Source: Armatimonadetes bacterium UBA1398 (lineage in GTDB: Bacteria; Armatimonadota; Zipacnadia; UBA1398). From it: 64,000 bases of DNA. Position numbers and translations under genes: made by a program. Location of the stretch: positions 5,398 through 69,397 of the forward strand of contig DBQI01000026.1 in NCBI GenBank assembly GCA_002305165.1. Reading direction: 5' to 3'. The number at the start of each line of letters is the position of its first letter. Positions within the stretch are counted from its first letter, which is position 1. The notes beneath the pieces were generated by a model. That model had not been told where the DNA came from. It did not search any database and was given only the letters and a program-made list of their open reading frames with translations. Positions 1 to 9,711 of the stretch are shown piece by piece.

Positions 1-1
1 G

Positions 2-139
2 GCCTCCCTGGGCGGCCGAGGTATCTTCCTGCGCCGGGGGCGCATAGAGGATGCGGGTGAGATGCAGCAGCTCCTGAGTCGAGACGGCGGTTCGGTGGTC
101 GCGCAGTTCCTGAACGGCGAGCTGAGGGAGTCGTCCTAG
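2..139 (+). CDS. 3' end of probable ABC transporter ATP-binding protein (FetA-like), partial
   Basis: Open frame ASLGGRGIFLRRGRIEDAGEMQQLLSRDGGSVVAQFLNGELRESS* resembles the C-terminal tail of ABC ATPases; stop lies 1 nt before the FetB-like ATG. Confidence 0.6.
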   Translation, partial: ASLGGRGIFLRRGRIEDAGEMQQLLSRDGGSVVAQFLNGELRESS

Positions 140-140
140 G

Positions 141-935
141 ATGCCGGACTCGAGCACCTATATTCAGCTTGATTGGGTCTCGATGATGGCGGGCTCCGCC
201 CTCATCCTGTTGACCATCGCCATCAGCTTCTGGCGTGGCCTGGGCGCAGAGAAGGATCTGTTCATCGCCTCGGTGCGGTGCGCCGGCCAGCTTCTCGTCA
301 TGGGGCTCGTGCTACGGTACCTCTTCAGGCTGCGCGAATGGTACCTGGTCATCGGCGTGTTGGTCCTGATGACCGGGTTCGCCGCGTGGGAGTCCTATCG
401 GAGGGTTCGTAAGCCGGTGGCGGGTACGCTTTGGGTGATCTCGGCATGCGTCTTCGTCGCCACGCTGATCTCCGTCTCGTACCTCACCCATGTAGTCGTG
501 CGCGTGCGCGTCTGGTACGACCCTCAGTACCTCATTCCCCTCGCGGGAATGATACTGGGGCAGGCGGTGAACGGCGCCGCGATCGCGGCTGAGCGACTGA
601 CCCAGTCTATCCGTGACAACGTTGGGGACATAGAGACCTACCTAGCCCTCGGTGCGACTCCTCGTCGGGCGTGCCGGAAGCACCTGCGCGACGCTGTTCA
701 CGCCGGTCTCATCCCGACAGTGACAGCGATGATGGTTGCTGGGATCGTGAAGCTGCCCGGGATGATGACGGGCCAGATACTGGCTGGCGCCGATCCTTTC
801 GATGCGACGCTATACCAGATCGTGATCTTCTTCGCCCTGAGCTTCATGGCCGGCATCACGGCGATGATGGTCGTCGAGTTGCTTCATCGTCGCTTCTTCG
901 TTGGTGACGTGCGCCTGAGGCGCGAGGCTGTGTAG
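141..935 (+). CDS. fetB: UPF0014/FetB (YbbM)-family ABC transporter permease
   Basis: Multi-TM protein with WYDPQYLIPLAGMILG, LALGATP, GIVKLPGMMTGQILAGADP and YQIVI motifs. Confidence 0.85.
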   Translation: MPDSSTYIQLDWVSMMAGSALILLTIAISFWRGLGAEKDLFIASVRCAGQLLVMGLVLRYLFRLREWYLVIGVLVLMTGFAAWESYRRVRKPVAGTLWVISACVFVATLISVSYLTHVVVRVRVWYDPQYLIPLAGMILGQAVNGAAIAAERLTQSIRDNVGDIETYLALGATPRRACRKHLRDAVHAGLIPTVTAMMVAGIVKLPGMMTGQILAGADPFDATLYQIVIFFALSFMAGITAMMVVELLHRRFFVGDVRLRREAV

Positions 936-958
936 ATCCGAAGGATGAGGAGCCGCGT

Positions 959-1645
959 ATGGACCCAATTGTGCAAGTCTCGATCGACCTCATGACCCTC
1001 GAAGACGCACTGCCCGTGGCGGAGATCGCCGTCGAGGCGGGGGTAGACTGGCTGGAGGTGGGGACTCCACTCATTCTAGGCGAGGGACTCCACGCCGTGC
1101 GCGCGTTCCGGGAGCGTTGGCCCGACCACAAGGTGGTCGCGGACTTGAAGACGATGGACGCGGGCTACCTCGAGGCCGAGATGATGGCCAAGGCGGGCGC
1201 CGATCTTATCGTGGTCATGGCCGCGGCGCACTGGTCGACGGTCCAAGGGGCCTGCCGGGCCGCGAAGGACTACGGTGTGCAGGTCATGGGGGACATCATG
1301 CTCGCCGAGGATAAACCGGCGTGTGCCCGACGGATGCAGGAGTTGGGCGTAGACTACGTGATCGTGCACACCGGCTTCGATGAACGCAACGCGGAGCCCG
1401 GCAAGAGCCCGATCCACGACGTGCCGGGCGTCGTCGAAGCAGTCTCCATCCCCGTCCAGGCCGTTGGAGGGCTCTCTGTGGAGCAGGCGATCGCCATGCC
1501 GAAGATGGGGGCGCCCCTGGTCGTTATCGGCGCGCCACTCGTGATCGATGGGCAGGAGTTCGCGCCCGGTGACACAGCCGATCGGTTGCTGGAACTGCTT
1601 CAGCATATCGTGCGCGAGGTCAAGGCCCAAGGCAGAGAGGACTGA
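959..1645 (+). CDS. OMPDC/HUMPS-family enzyme (3-hexulose-6-phosphate synthase / KGPDC-like)
   Basis: VQVSID, WLEVGTPLI, VADLKTMDAGYLEA, VHTGFD, AVGG motifs; RBS GAGGAG. Confidence 0.85.
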   Translation: MDPIVQVSIDLMTLEDALPVAEIAVEAGVDWLEVGTPLILGEGLHAVRAFRERWPDHKVVADLKTMDAGYLEAEMMAKAGADLIVVMAAAHWSTVQGACRAAKDYGVQVMGDIMLAEDKPACARRMQELGVDYVIVHTGFDERNAEPGKSPIHDVPGVVEAVSIPVQAVGGLSVEQAIAMPKMGAPLVVIGAPLVIDGQEFAPGDTADRLLELLQHIVREVKAQGRED

Positions 1646-1652
1646 GGTCCAG

Positions 1653-2690
1653 ATGCAGGCGGTTGTGAAGTATGGGCAGTCGGACGGAGAGGTCGAGCTT
1701 CGGGAGGTGCCGGAACCGACGGCGGCCCCGGGCCACGTGCTGTTGGAGGTCGGGGCGGCGGGAGTGTGCGGCTCGGACATCGAGATGTGGCGCCACCACG
1801 TGACCTTCCGTGTGGAGACGCCGGTGATCCAGGGCCATGAGTTCGGCGGCACCATCGCCGCCCTCGGTGAGGGCGCGACCGGCTTCGAGGTGGGCCAGCG
1901 TGTCGTGAGTGAGACGGCGGCCTTCATCTGCGGCGTGTGCCCGCAGTGCCGGTCGGGGGAGTACAACCTGTGCCCTCATCGCCTTGGCTTCGGGTACGGC
2001 ACGAACGGGGCTTTCTGCCGGTACGTGAGCGTTCCGACCCGGTGCCTGCACAGCATTCCTGATGGCGTTCCTTTCGAGCACGCGGCCCTCACGGAGCCCG
2101 CCTGTGTCTCGTACAACGCCATCGTGGTGAAGAGCGAACCGAGACCGGGGGAGATGTGCGTCATCATCGGGCCCGGACCGATAGGGCTCTTCGCCGTTCA
2201 GGTGGCGAGGCTGGTGGGATGTGACCCCATCGTGCTGGTGGGGACCGTGGGTGACGTAGGCAGGCTCAAGGTGGGGGAGAGTCTCGGTGCGACACACGTA
2301 TTCCTTGTGGGCGAGGACGACGTGGCAGCGAGGGTCAGCGAGATGTCGGGCGGTTACGGAGCGCCACTGGTGGTTGACGCCGCAGGCAACTCGGCAACCC
2401 TCAGGCTCTCGATGGAACTCGTCGCGAGGAACGGGCAGATCACGAAGATCGGTTGGGGCCCGAAGCCCGTGGAGTTCAGCCTGGATCCCATCATTCAGAA
2501 GGCGGCTCGGCTCCAGGGGACGTTCAGCCACACCTGGCGAACGTGGGAGGCGGTGCTTTCCCTGATCGCCTCGGGAGGGATCCAGATGGAGCCTATGGTG
2601 ACCCACGTCCTTCCCATCACGGAATGGGAGAAGGCCTACCATCTAGTGGAGGACCGTGAGGCGGTCAAAGTGGTTCTGCGGTCTGAGTAG
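1653..2690 (+). CDS. Zinc-dependent medium-chain (sugar/polyol) dehydrogenase
   Basis: GVCGSD, GHE, CGVCPQC..C structural Zn site, GPGPIG; start moved to ATG 1653 after GAGG. Confidence 0.9.
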   Translation: MQAVVKYGQSDGEVELREVPEPTAAPGHVLLEVGAAGVCGSDIEMWRHHVTFRVETPVIQGHEFGGTIAALGEGATGFEVGQRVVSETAAFICGVCPQCRSGEYNLCPHRLGFGYGTNGAFCRYVSVPTRCLHSIPDGVPFEHAALTEPACVSYNAIVVKSEPRPGEMCVIIGPGPIGLFAVQVARLVGCDPIVLVGTVGDVGRLKVGESLGATHVFLVGEDDVAARVSEMSGGYGAPLVVDAAGNSATLRLSMELVARNGQITKIGWGPKPVEFSLDPIIQKAARLQGTFSHTWRTWEAVLSLIASGGIQMEPMVTHVLPITEWEKAYHLVEDREAVKVVLRSE

Positions 2691-2726
2691 GGCCGGTCAA
2701 GGGAGGCCCAGGCGGGAGCGGACAGA

Positions 2727-4079
2727 GTGCGGGTATTCATCGTAGGCGCCGGAAGTATGGGATTCGCCCTCGCTCAGGAACTGGACGAGGAGGGCCATGA
2801 GGTCGTCGTCATGGACAGGGATCCGGCGCGAATAGACCTGGCGCGCACGCAGCTCGACGTGCTGGGGATCGCAGGGTCGGGGCTCAACCTGCGAGGCCTC
2901 CGGGAGGCGGGGCTGGAGTCGGCGGATCTTCTGATTGCCACGACAGGGCTTGATGAGGTCAACCTCGTGGCGTGCCTGCTAGCGCGGGAGATCGGGGTAC
3001 GTCGCCGGATCGCTCGCGTGCACTTTCAGGACCTGATCGAGGACATCGCTGAGGTGGAGCTGTCGGTCCTTGGCGTCGACGAACTCGTGAACCCCGCCGA
3101 GGTGACGGTGAGACAGCTCTTCGACATGGTGAGGACGCCGGGGACCCTGGAGACGGCGGAGTTCGCCGATGGCGCCATGGTGCTTCGGGGGCTGCGGGTG
3201 CTACCCCACTCGCGCTTCCTGAAGGCCCCCCTTCAAGGGCTGCGGGCCATGACGAAGCATCCCTTCGTCATCACGGGGGTGCGCCGCGGCGAGCAGTTCC
3301 TGGTGCCGAAGGGGGACTTCTCTGCAGAAGAGCACGACATCATCTACGTGGTGACTGCTGCCCCGCACCTTCAGGCCTTCCTCCGCGCCTTCGGCTTCCG
3401 CCAACGCCGCGACCAGCGGGTCATCATCTACGGCGCGAGCACTATCGGTCGGCACCTCGCTGCCAGGCTGGAGTTGGTGGAACGCGAGGTTATGCTCATC
3501 GAGCCGTCCCACGAGAAGTGCGCTCGGGCGTCGGAGGAGCTCCGCCATACCTCGGTGATCCATGGAACGCCGCTGGACAGCCATCTCATGGATGCCCTCA
3601 ACGTGGCGGAGGCGGACTACTTCCTGGGAGTGTCTGACAGCGAGGAGACCAACCTCACGGGGGCGCTCTGGGCGAAGCGGCTGGGGGCGCGTCGGGCGAT
3701 CACCCTCACCCAGCTGCCAGAGCATGTGGCGCTGTTCGAGGATCTCCCCGTCGACGCGGTAGTATGCCCCATCGCGCTCACCGTCGGCGCGATCCTCCGG
3801 CGCGTCAGGGAGGGAACGATCCTCTCGCTGTTCCGCCTCGCCGGCGAGAGGGGGGAGGCGATGGAGGTCGTCGCGCAAGAAGGCTCGCCCGCGGCGGGCA
3901 AGGTGATCCGCGACATCGACTTCCCTGCGGGCGTCGTGGCCGCGGCCGTCGTTGGGAGTGGCGCCCCACAGGTCGCTGGCGGCAACACCCTGATCGCGCC
4001 GGGTGACCGCGTGGTGGTCGTAGCGCGGGTGGACGCGCTGGACGACGCGCTCGCGCTGTTCGACGGGGACAACGGGTGA
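2727..4079 (+). CDS. trkA: Trk K+ uptake NAD-binding subunit
   Basis: Two RCK N/C repeats, N-terminal IVGAGSMG, 450 aa, coupled to trkH. Confidence 0.9.
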   Translation: MRVFIVGAGSMGFALAQELDEEGHEVVVMDRDPARIDLARTQLDVLGIAGSGLNLRGLREAGLESADLLIATTGLDEVNLVACLLAREIGVRRRIARVHFQDLIEDIAEVELSVLGVDELVNPAEVTVRQLFDMVRTPGTLETAEFADGAMVLRGLRVLPHSRFLKAPLQGLRAMTKHPFVITGVRRGEQFLVPKGDFSAEEHDIIYVVTAAPHLQAFLRAFGFRQRRDQRVIIYGASTIGRHLAARLELVEREVMLIEPSHEKCARASEELRHTSVIHGTPLDSHLMDALNVAEADYFLGVSDSEETNLTGALWAKRLGARRAITLTQLPEHVALFEDLPVDAVVCPIALTVGAILRRVREGTILSLFRLAGERGEAMEVVAQEGSPAAGKVIRDIDFPAGVVAAAVVGSGAPQVAGGNTLIAPGDRVVVVARVDALDDALALFDGDNG

Positions 4080-5671
4080 ACTGGCCGCTGGTTGTCCATA
4101 CCCTCGGACGGCTAGCGGGGATCATGGCCGCGGCTATGGTCCCCTCTCTCGGCATCGCCGTCTTCGGGGGCGACCGGCCGGAGGTAGCGCCTGCAACGAC
4201 GGCCGCCTTCGCGCAGGGCATCGGGCTGAGCGCCCTGGTATCGGCCATCCTGCTGCTCGGCACCCTGGGTCGGACGGGTGGACGCTTCAGCGCCTCGGAC
4301 GGTTTCTCGATCGCCACTCTGGGATGGCTCGTGCTAGCGCTGCTCGCGGCGGTACCGCTTTACCTCTGCAAGGCGGCCGGGGCCGAAGGTGGGGCCAGTC
4401 CAGCCGCTTCCTTCAGCTTCGCCGACGCACTCTTCGAGACCATGAGCGGGCTAACGACGACCGGAGCGACGGTTTTCGGGACCGACGCCTCCGTGGTAGG
4501 TGGACGCGGCGTGATCGAGGCGCTCCCGCCGAGCTTCCTGTTCATGCGTAGCCTGTGCCACTGGTTGGGGGGCATGGGGATCATTGTGCTCTGCTTGGCG
4601 GTGCTGCCAAGCCTCGGCGCGGGCGGATACCAGGCTTTCCAGGCCGAGGTCCCTGGCCCGGTGGCGGAGCGGCTACGGCCGCGGCTTCGTGAGACGGCGG
4701 CCATCCTGTGGGGCGTCTACCTGCTTCTCACCCTGACGGAGATCCTGCTGCTGTGGATCGGTCGGATGCCGCTCTTCGATGCGATCTGCCATGCCTTCGG
4801 GACTATGGCCACGGGGGGGTTCTCGACCAAGGATGCGTCGATCGGTCACTACGCGGCGGTGGGCCACCCGTCGGCGCTCTACTTCGAGGCTGTCATCACC
4901 GTGTTCATGGCGCTGGCGGGCGTGAACTTCCTACTCCACTATCAGGCACTGCGAGGCTCTTTCGAGGGCTTCCGCCGCAACCGAGAGTTGCACTTCTACG
5001 CCCTCGTACTGGTTTTCGCCGCGTTGGTGATTGGTAGCGCCCTGGCCCTGTGGGGGGACGCGGCGTACCACTCGGCGCCCGTCATTGCACGCCACGCGAT
5101 CTTCCAGGTGGTTTCGGTCACCACGACGACGGGCTTCGTCACAACGGACTTCGATGTGTGGCCGACCCTCTGTCGCGCGGTCCTACTGATCCTCATGTTC
5201 TTCGGCGGCTGTGCCGGGTCAACGGCGGGTGGCATGAAGCAGATACGGGTTCTTGTCTTGGGCAAGTACTTCCATCGCGAGCTGATTCGGCTTCTCCGCC
5301 CCAGCATTCTCAAGCCCATCCGCGTGGGCAGCACGGTGCTGGACTCCCGTCGGGTTGCCAACATCGTGGGGCTCGCGGTGCTCTGGGTAGGCTGTGCGGT
5401 GGCGGCCAGCCTCCTGCTGTCCGCACTCCTGTATGGCGCGGCGAACCCGAGCGTTCCAGACCATCCGGATTCCCGGCTCGTAACGGCCGTGAGTGCTGTG
5501 ATCACGACCATCAACAATGTGGGACCGGGCATGTCCGGGGTGGGTGCGCATCAGAACTACGGATGGATGCCTGCGGGGGCGAAGCTTCTGCTCAGCCTCT
5601 GCATGTTGATGGGGCGGCTGGAGATCTACTCTGTGCTGATCGTGTTCCTACCGCGTACCTGGCGCCTCTGA
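4076..5671 (+). CDS. trkH: Trk K+ uptake membrane subunit
   Basis: FETMSGLTTTGAT, WLGGMGII, TMATGGFST, TTTGF, GGCAGSTAGGMK, NNVGPG, MGRLE. Confidence 0.95.
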   Translation: MNWPLVVHTLGRLAGIMAAAMVPSLGIAVFGGDRPEVAPATTAAFAQGIGLSALVSAILLLGTLGRTGGRFSASDGFSIATLGWLVLALLAAVPLYLCKAAGAEGGASPAASFSFADALFETMSGLTTTGATVFGTDASVVGGRGVIEALPPSFLFMRSLCHWLGGMGIIVLCLAVLPSLGAGGYQAFQAEVPGPVAERLRPRLRETAAILWGVYLLLTLTEILLLWIGRMPLFDAICHAFGTMATGGFSTKDASIGHYAAVGHPSALYFEAVITVFMALAGVNFLLHYQALRGSFEGFRRNRELHFYALVLVFAALVIGSALALWGDAAYHSAPVIARHAIFQVVSVTTTTGFVTTDFDVWPTLCRAVLLILMFFGGCAGSTAGGMKQIRVLVLGKYFHRELIRLLRPSILKPIRVGSTVLDSRRVANIVGLAVLWVGCAVAASLLLSALLYGAANPSVPDHPDSRLVTAVSAVITTINNVGPGMSGVGAHQNYGWMPAGAKLLLSLCMLMGRLEIYSVLIVFLPRTWRL

Positions 5672-5681
5672 GTGCAGAGCG

Positions 5682-5715
5682 GCACTCCCCCGAGGGGTTT
5701 CCCTCGGGGGAGTGC
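5682..5715. terminator. Hairpin between convergent genes, probable bidirectional terminator
   Basis: Perfect 15-bp stem gcactcccccgaggg / ccctcgggggagtgc with gttt loop. Confidence 0.7.
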
Positions 5716-5725
5716 TCGAGGTGGC

Positions 5726-7789
5726 TTACCGAGGGACGATCCACACGAAGTCGACGCCGACATCGGAGCCAGCGCCCTCCTCGCCCGGGCCGAGGGCCGT
5801 CACGGTGAGGGTGTGCTCGCCCGCGGCGAGGTCGAGGGTGTCGAAGAAGAAGTTCCGCAGCATCTCCATGTGAGGCGTGAACAGGTCGGGCTGTAAGCCC
5901 ATCGGGTCGGCGCCGTCTAGGGAGACGCTGAAGCGGCCGCTGGTAGGCGAGAGCGCGCAGGTCAGGACGATCTGGTATCTGCGGCCCTCGGGCACGTCTA
6001 TGGCGAACTGAACGCTGTCCCCCTCGCTCGGTCCCGCTAGCAGCACCAACCCGTCGCCGGACCACATCTCGCCCGACACGACCTCTGCGGGTCCGGCATC
6101 CGCGATGATGTCCTCCGCCTGCCAGAAGGTGGCTCCGCTGGCGGCGCCCAGGGCGAGGGGTTCCCACCCGATGGGCAGATCCAGGCCCAGGGTCACGTCG
6201 AGGGTTGTCAGAGGCACGAAGGCGTCGCGCAGTGTGTCATCGGCGTAGACGTAGGCGATGCGGCCGTAGCTGATGCCGGGCGTGTGGGTGTGGCTGAATA
6301 GCTCCATGTAGAAGTCAAGGCGCTCCTGGAACGGCAGGGGATCGAGGATGTGGAACCTGTTGTTCGCCACGAAGCCGCGGTTATCGGGGCCGGTGGTCAG
6401 CGGTTGGCACGCGTAGGCCGTCTGGAAGAGATCCGGGCGACTCCAGGCGTAGTTGTAGTAGTCCTCGGATCCGGTGCCAAAGAGCGAGGGGAAGGCGTCG
6501 TCGTCGACCCAGATCTTCTCGTCCCCCTCGCCCCACCAGTTGCCCCCAGAGGTTGGGACCAGCGAGGAGTTGAGCAACATGCACGCGACTCCGACGAGCA
6601 CCCCGCGGCCGCGGGCAACGATGTAGGGCAGGTCGAAGACGCCTGTCAGGCCCTGTGCTTCGAGGTCATGATTGATCTGCCACTTCGCATAGAGATGGAG
6701 CGATGACTCCGGGTTCCACTCGTAGGAGGCGACATTGATGGCCCCCTCGACGGTCGCCTCAGCGCCAGAGCGGTTCTGGACGACGATCCGAGCAGACCGC
6801 GCGAAGGGCATCACGAAGCGACAGGTCATCGTGCCGTCGGGCCTTACCGTGAACGGCAGGCTGTCGTACGGAGCGAGACCCGGACCGGCGCCGAAGAAGT
6901 CGCCCAGTGGGCTCTCGACCTGGGGTTGCTCGGCCCCGTCGAAGAAGACCTTGAGGATCACGCCTCGCAGGGCTCGCCGCAGGTTCTCCCCCTGCACGGA
7001 CAGGGAGAGCTCGCGAATCACCTGAGACCCCTCAAGAGCGATGAGTTCGCTCGCGCCACCAGCCGGAACCTCAGCACGGAGGTCGTAGGTTGTCCCATCG
7101 GCCTCGGGGTAGGTGGCCTCGGTATCCGCCAGGATGGCGATGGCCCGCTCGATCTCCGCGCTGTATGTGGTCAAATCGCCGGTGGCGAAGGACTGGACTT
7201 GGGTGCCCTCCTCGTACAGACGGGCCTCCATGTGGTAGAAGTGGAGCCGATCGAGCTGCCCAGTCCACTCGATGCGTAGGCTCTCGGCAAAGGGAATGGG
7301 GAAGTAGCAGGCCATGTTCTGGTGGAAGCCGCGCTCCACGTCGGCCTCGATGATGCCCTCGCGCTGGGCGAGTTCGCTGTAGGTCCACATCATGAACCGC
7401 TCGGCAGGGCCCTCGTAGAGGAGGCTCCCGTCGAGGATAACCGTTACGTCGCCGTTGATCGCCGCGGTCCACGTGCGCACCAAGGCGCCTGGGCCACGCC
7501 AATCGGCCATGAGATACCGGCCGACGCCCTCATCGTTCGGCTCCTCGAGTACCTCGAGGTAGCCAGGAATGGGCTCTCCCCCAAAACCGTCACTGTTGGC
7601 GTACCAACCCGGTGCGTAGGGCCTAACACTGCGACGATCGTAGGAGGAGACCTGGACGGTCTTGTAGGCGGGATCCGGGAACTCAGCGAGTTGCGAGAGG
7701 GTCACCATCTCGTGAAGCAGTGACCCAGTAGTCACCGGACCGGCGGCGGTTGTGTTGAGAGCCGTAACAGCAAGCAGAATCGTTGTCAT
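5726..7789 (-). CDS. Secreted DUF2961 / glycoside hydrolase family 172-like protein with C-terminal beta-sandwich (CBM-like) domain
   Basis: Signal-like N-terminus; SSYDR, ESPLGDFF, WWGEGDEKI, FGTGSEDYY, NRFHILDPLPF; C-terminal LAAGEHTLTV..GVDFV; RBS AGGAGG. Confidence 0.8.
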   Translation of the reverse strand: MTTILLAVTALNTTAAGPVTTGSLLHEMVTLSQLAEFPDPAYKTVQVSSYDRRSVRPYAPGWYANSDGFGGEPIPGYLEVLEEPNDEGVGRYLMADWRGPGALVRTWTAAINGDVTVILDGSLLYEGPAERFMMWTYSELAQREGIIEADVERGFHQNMACYFPIPFAESLRIEWTGQLDRLHFYHMEARLYEEGTQVQSFATGDLTTYSAEIERAIAILADTEATYPEADGTTYDLRAEVPAGGASELIALEGSQVIRELSLSVQGENLRRALRGVILKVFFDGAEQPQVESPLGDFFGAGPGLAPYDSLPFTVRPDGTMTCRFVMPFARSARIVVQNRSGAEATVEGAINVASYEWNPESSLHLYAKWQINHDLEAQGLTGVFDLPYIVARGRGVLVGVACMLLNSSLVPTSGGNWWGEGDEKIWVDDDAFPSLFGTGSEDYYNYAWSRPDLFQTAYACQPLTTGPDNRGFVANNRFHILDPLPFQERLDFYMELFSHTHTPGISYGRIAYVYADDTLRDAFVPLTTLDVTLGLDLPIGWEPLALGAASGATFWQAEDIIADAGPAEVVSGEMWSGDGLVLLAGPSEGDSVQFAIDVPEGRRYQIVLTCALSPTSGRFSVSLDGADPMGLQPDLFTPHMEMLRNFFFDTLDLAAGEHTLTVTALGPGEEGAGSDVGVDFVWIVPR

Positions 7790-7880
7790 GCGTGGAAAGC
7801 CTCCTGAGCATTGAGCTGCAGAGGGCCTATTCCGCGCATAACGGTCGATCCCTGCGCCTCATGCCAGGGGGTACAAAGCG

Positions 7881-7905
7881 AGAGCGCCCCCACAGGGGGC
7901 GCTCT
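7881..7905 (-). terminator. Probable terminator of the SLH-porin gene
   Basis: 11-bp stem agagcgccccc / gggggcgctct, 30 nt after the stop; short U-containing run follows on the minus strand. Confidence 0.6.
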
Positions 7906-7935
7906 GTACCTACCGCTCACTCAGGAACGATGGAA

Positions 7936-9711
7936 CTAGAAGTACCAGTTCACCGATCCACGAGCCATGGCGCCTACCTGGCTGGCCCCGCCGACACCAG
8001 AGAACTGGGTCAGACCGAGGTCAACGGTGACATCGAAGTCGCCATGGATGCTGATATCGGTACCCGCAATGGCGGTCCAGCGGCTGTTCACGCCATCGGC
8101 CTCGTTGATGAGGCGGAAGCGCCAGTCGCGACTGCCGGAGTGGTAGACGATGTCAGCCCAGGCGGCGTTCTCGCCGTAGACAGCCGGGATCTTGCTGTTC
8201 GTGCGCTGGAACCAGAAGCCCGGCCTGTAGGCGGTGCCGGGGACGCCGCCCATCGCAAACGGCGCCTCATTGTAGCTGAAGAGGTACGGGGTGGTCAGGT
8301 CGGCATTCCTGCCGCTGCGCGCGCTCGGGTTCGCGCCGAGGGGGAGCTGGGCGTAGGACAGACTGATATCCCAGTCCTCGTCGCGCAGAACATCCGCCGC
8401 CACGTACCAGGCCAGGTTGTTGAGGCCGAGGTTGTTCAGCGGGGTGGTCACCTCAGCGCGGATCCCCTCGCCATCCTGGGCATCCCACATGTACTTGACG
8501 TCGACGCCAAGCCGGCCGAACTGCTCGCCGGCGTCGGTGCCGCCGTACCCATCGAGGTCGTTCCAGATCCACGTCACGCCGCCGCCCCAGAGGTCGTCGT
8601 CGGCATCATCAGGATCGTCATAGTTCGCGAGCCTGGCGACGAAGTGGGGACGGGTGTTCATGCCGCCCGCGAAGTAGAACTCGAGCTCATCGAGAGCGGT
8701 GTCGGTAAACTGGGCACGGATGCCATCGGTCGAGCGCGAGTCGTTGTCGAAGGTGAGCCCCTCGGCATAACCGACATACTGACGGCCGATAGTGAGATCC
8801 ACGTCAGCGCCGAAGACCTCAGTGTCATCCACGCGAACCCATGCCTGATCGGGCACAGTGAACGTCTGGTCGACGGGAAGCGCGTTGTCGTTCTCCCACA
8901 GCACGATGCCAACACTGGTCTTGGAGTTGATGCGCTTGTAGAACTCCAGCCAGATGTCGTAGCTGTTGGCAAGCTCGACAGCGTCCACGAGCCCGGCCGC
9001 GTTCGCGCCAGAGGCAACAGCCACGAAGTCGGTGGCGAGCATGCCAGTGATGACGTCCGGCTCCTCCTCGAGGGCCTTCACGCGGGCCTCGAGAGCCGCA
9101 AGGTCATCGGTCAGGTCGCCGAGGCGGCCATCGATCTCGGCCAGCTCGGGCTCGAGCCAATCGCGCAGCTCAGCGATCTTCTGGTTCAGCGTGGCCTCGT
9201 CGATCAAGCCGCGCTCAGCGATCGCGTCATCCACGAGACCGGCAAGACGGTTGGCATCAACGGTGCCAGCAGGGCCAGCGGGACCAGCCGGACCACGGGG
9301 GCCCGGATCGCCGCGCTCACCCTTGGCGCCAGCGGGACCAGCAGGGCCAGCGGGACCGGCAGGGCCAGCGGGACCAGCAGGACCGGCAACGCCATCCTCA
9401 CCGGGGGTGCCAGGGCCCTCGACGCCCACATTGGCATCGACGTACCACAGCAGGCGAGCCAACGCCATCGCGAACTCGTAACGGGTCAGGAAGTTCTTGC
9501 CCTTGAAGGTCCCGTCGGGGTAACCCTCAAGTAGCCCCGCATCGTAAAGCTCGGCGATCGCGTCATATGCCCAGTGATCCCAGGGAACGTCCGGGGGCAC
9601 GGGGCCGCCGGCGACCATGGTGACACCGGTATCCCAGTCAGCGGACGCCGGAATAACGAGGGCCGCAGCTAGAACTGCCGCTACTACAGATACGAACAGC
9701 GTGCGTCTCAT
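7936..9711 (-). CDS. OmpM/SlpA-like SLH-domain outer-membrane porin with collagen-like insert and coiled-coil stalk
   Basis: Signal peptide; [41 protein letters not shown]; (Gly-X-Y)17; heptads ..[13 protein letters not shown]; porin-type DQAWV..LTIGRQ..DGIRAQ; C-terminal VNWYF; RBS AGGAGG. Confidence 0.85.
   Translation of the reverse strand: MRRTLFVSVVAAVLAAALVIPASADWDTGVTMVAGGPVPPDVPWDHWAYDAIAELYDAGLLEGYPDGTFKGKNFLTRYEFAMALARLLWYVDANVGVEGPGTPGEDGVAGPAGPAGPAGPAGPAGPAGAKGERGDPGPRGPAGPAGPAGTVDANRLAGLVDDAIAERGLIDEATLNQKIAELRDWLEPELAEIDGRLGDLTDDLAALEARVKALEEEPDVITGMLATDFVAVASGANAAGLVDAVELANSYDIWLEFYKRINSKTSVGIVLWENDNALPVDQTFTVPDQAWVRVDDTEVFGADVDLTIGRQYVGYAEGLTFDNDSRSTDGIRAQFTDTALDELEFYFAGGMNTRPHFVARLANYDDPDDADDDLWGGGVTWIWNDLDGYGGTDAGEQFGRLGVDVKYMWDAQDGEGIRAEVTTPLNNLGLNNLAWYVAADVLRDEDWDISLSYAQLPLGANPSARSGRNADLTTPYLFSYNEAPFAMGGVPGTAYRPGFWFQRTNSKIPAVYGENAAWADIVYHSGSRDWRFRLINEADGVNSRWTAIAGTDISIHGDFDVTVDLGLTQFSGVGGASQVGAMARGSVNWYF
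9259..9411 (-). repeat. Collagen-like Gly-X-Y repeat (17 triplets, 9 of them GPA) inside the SLH-porin gene
   Basis: GTP GED GVA (GPA)6 [12 protein letters not shown] (GPA)3 GTV. Confidence 0.95.

Noticed and set aside
959-1645. Evidence of methylotrophy (RuMP pathway)
   Set aside because: No PHI or C1-oxidation genes in the window, and the family contains other activities
9259-9411. 9-nt periodic DNA repeat as a possible CRISPR or VNTR
   Set aside because: Third codon positions vary and there are no spacers; it is a protein-level GPA repeat
7783-9534. 583-aa + strand ORF antisense to the SLH-porin gene
   Set aside because: Shadow ORF expected from biased codon usage; no motifs, while the minus strand has a coherent architecture, RBS, promoter and terminator
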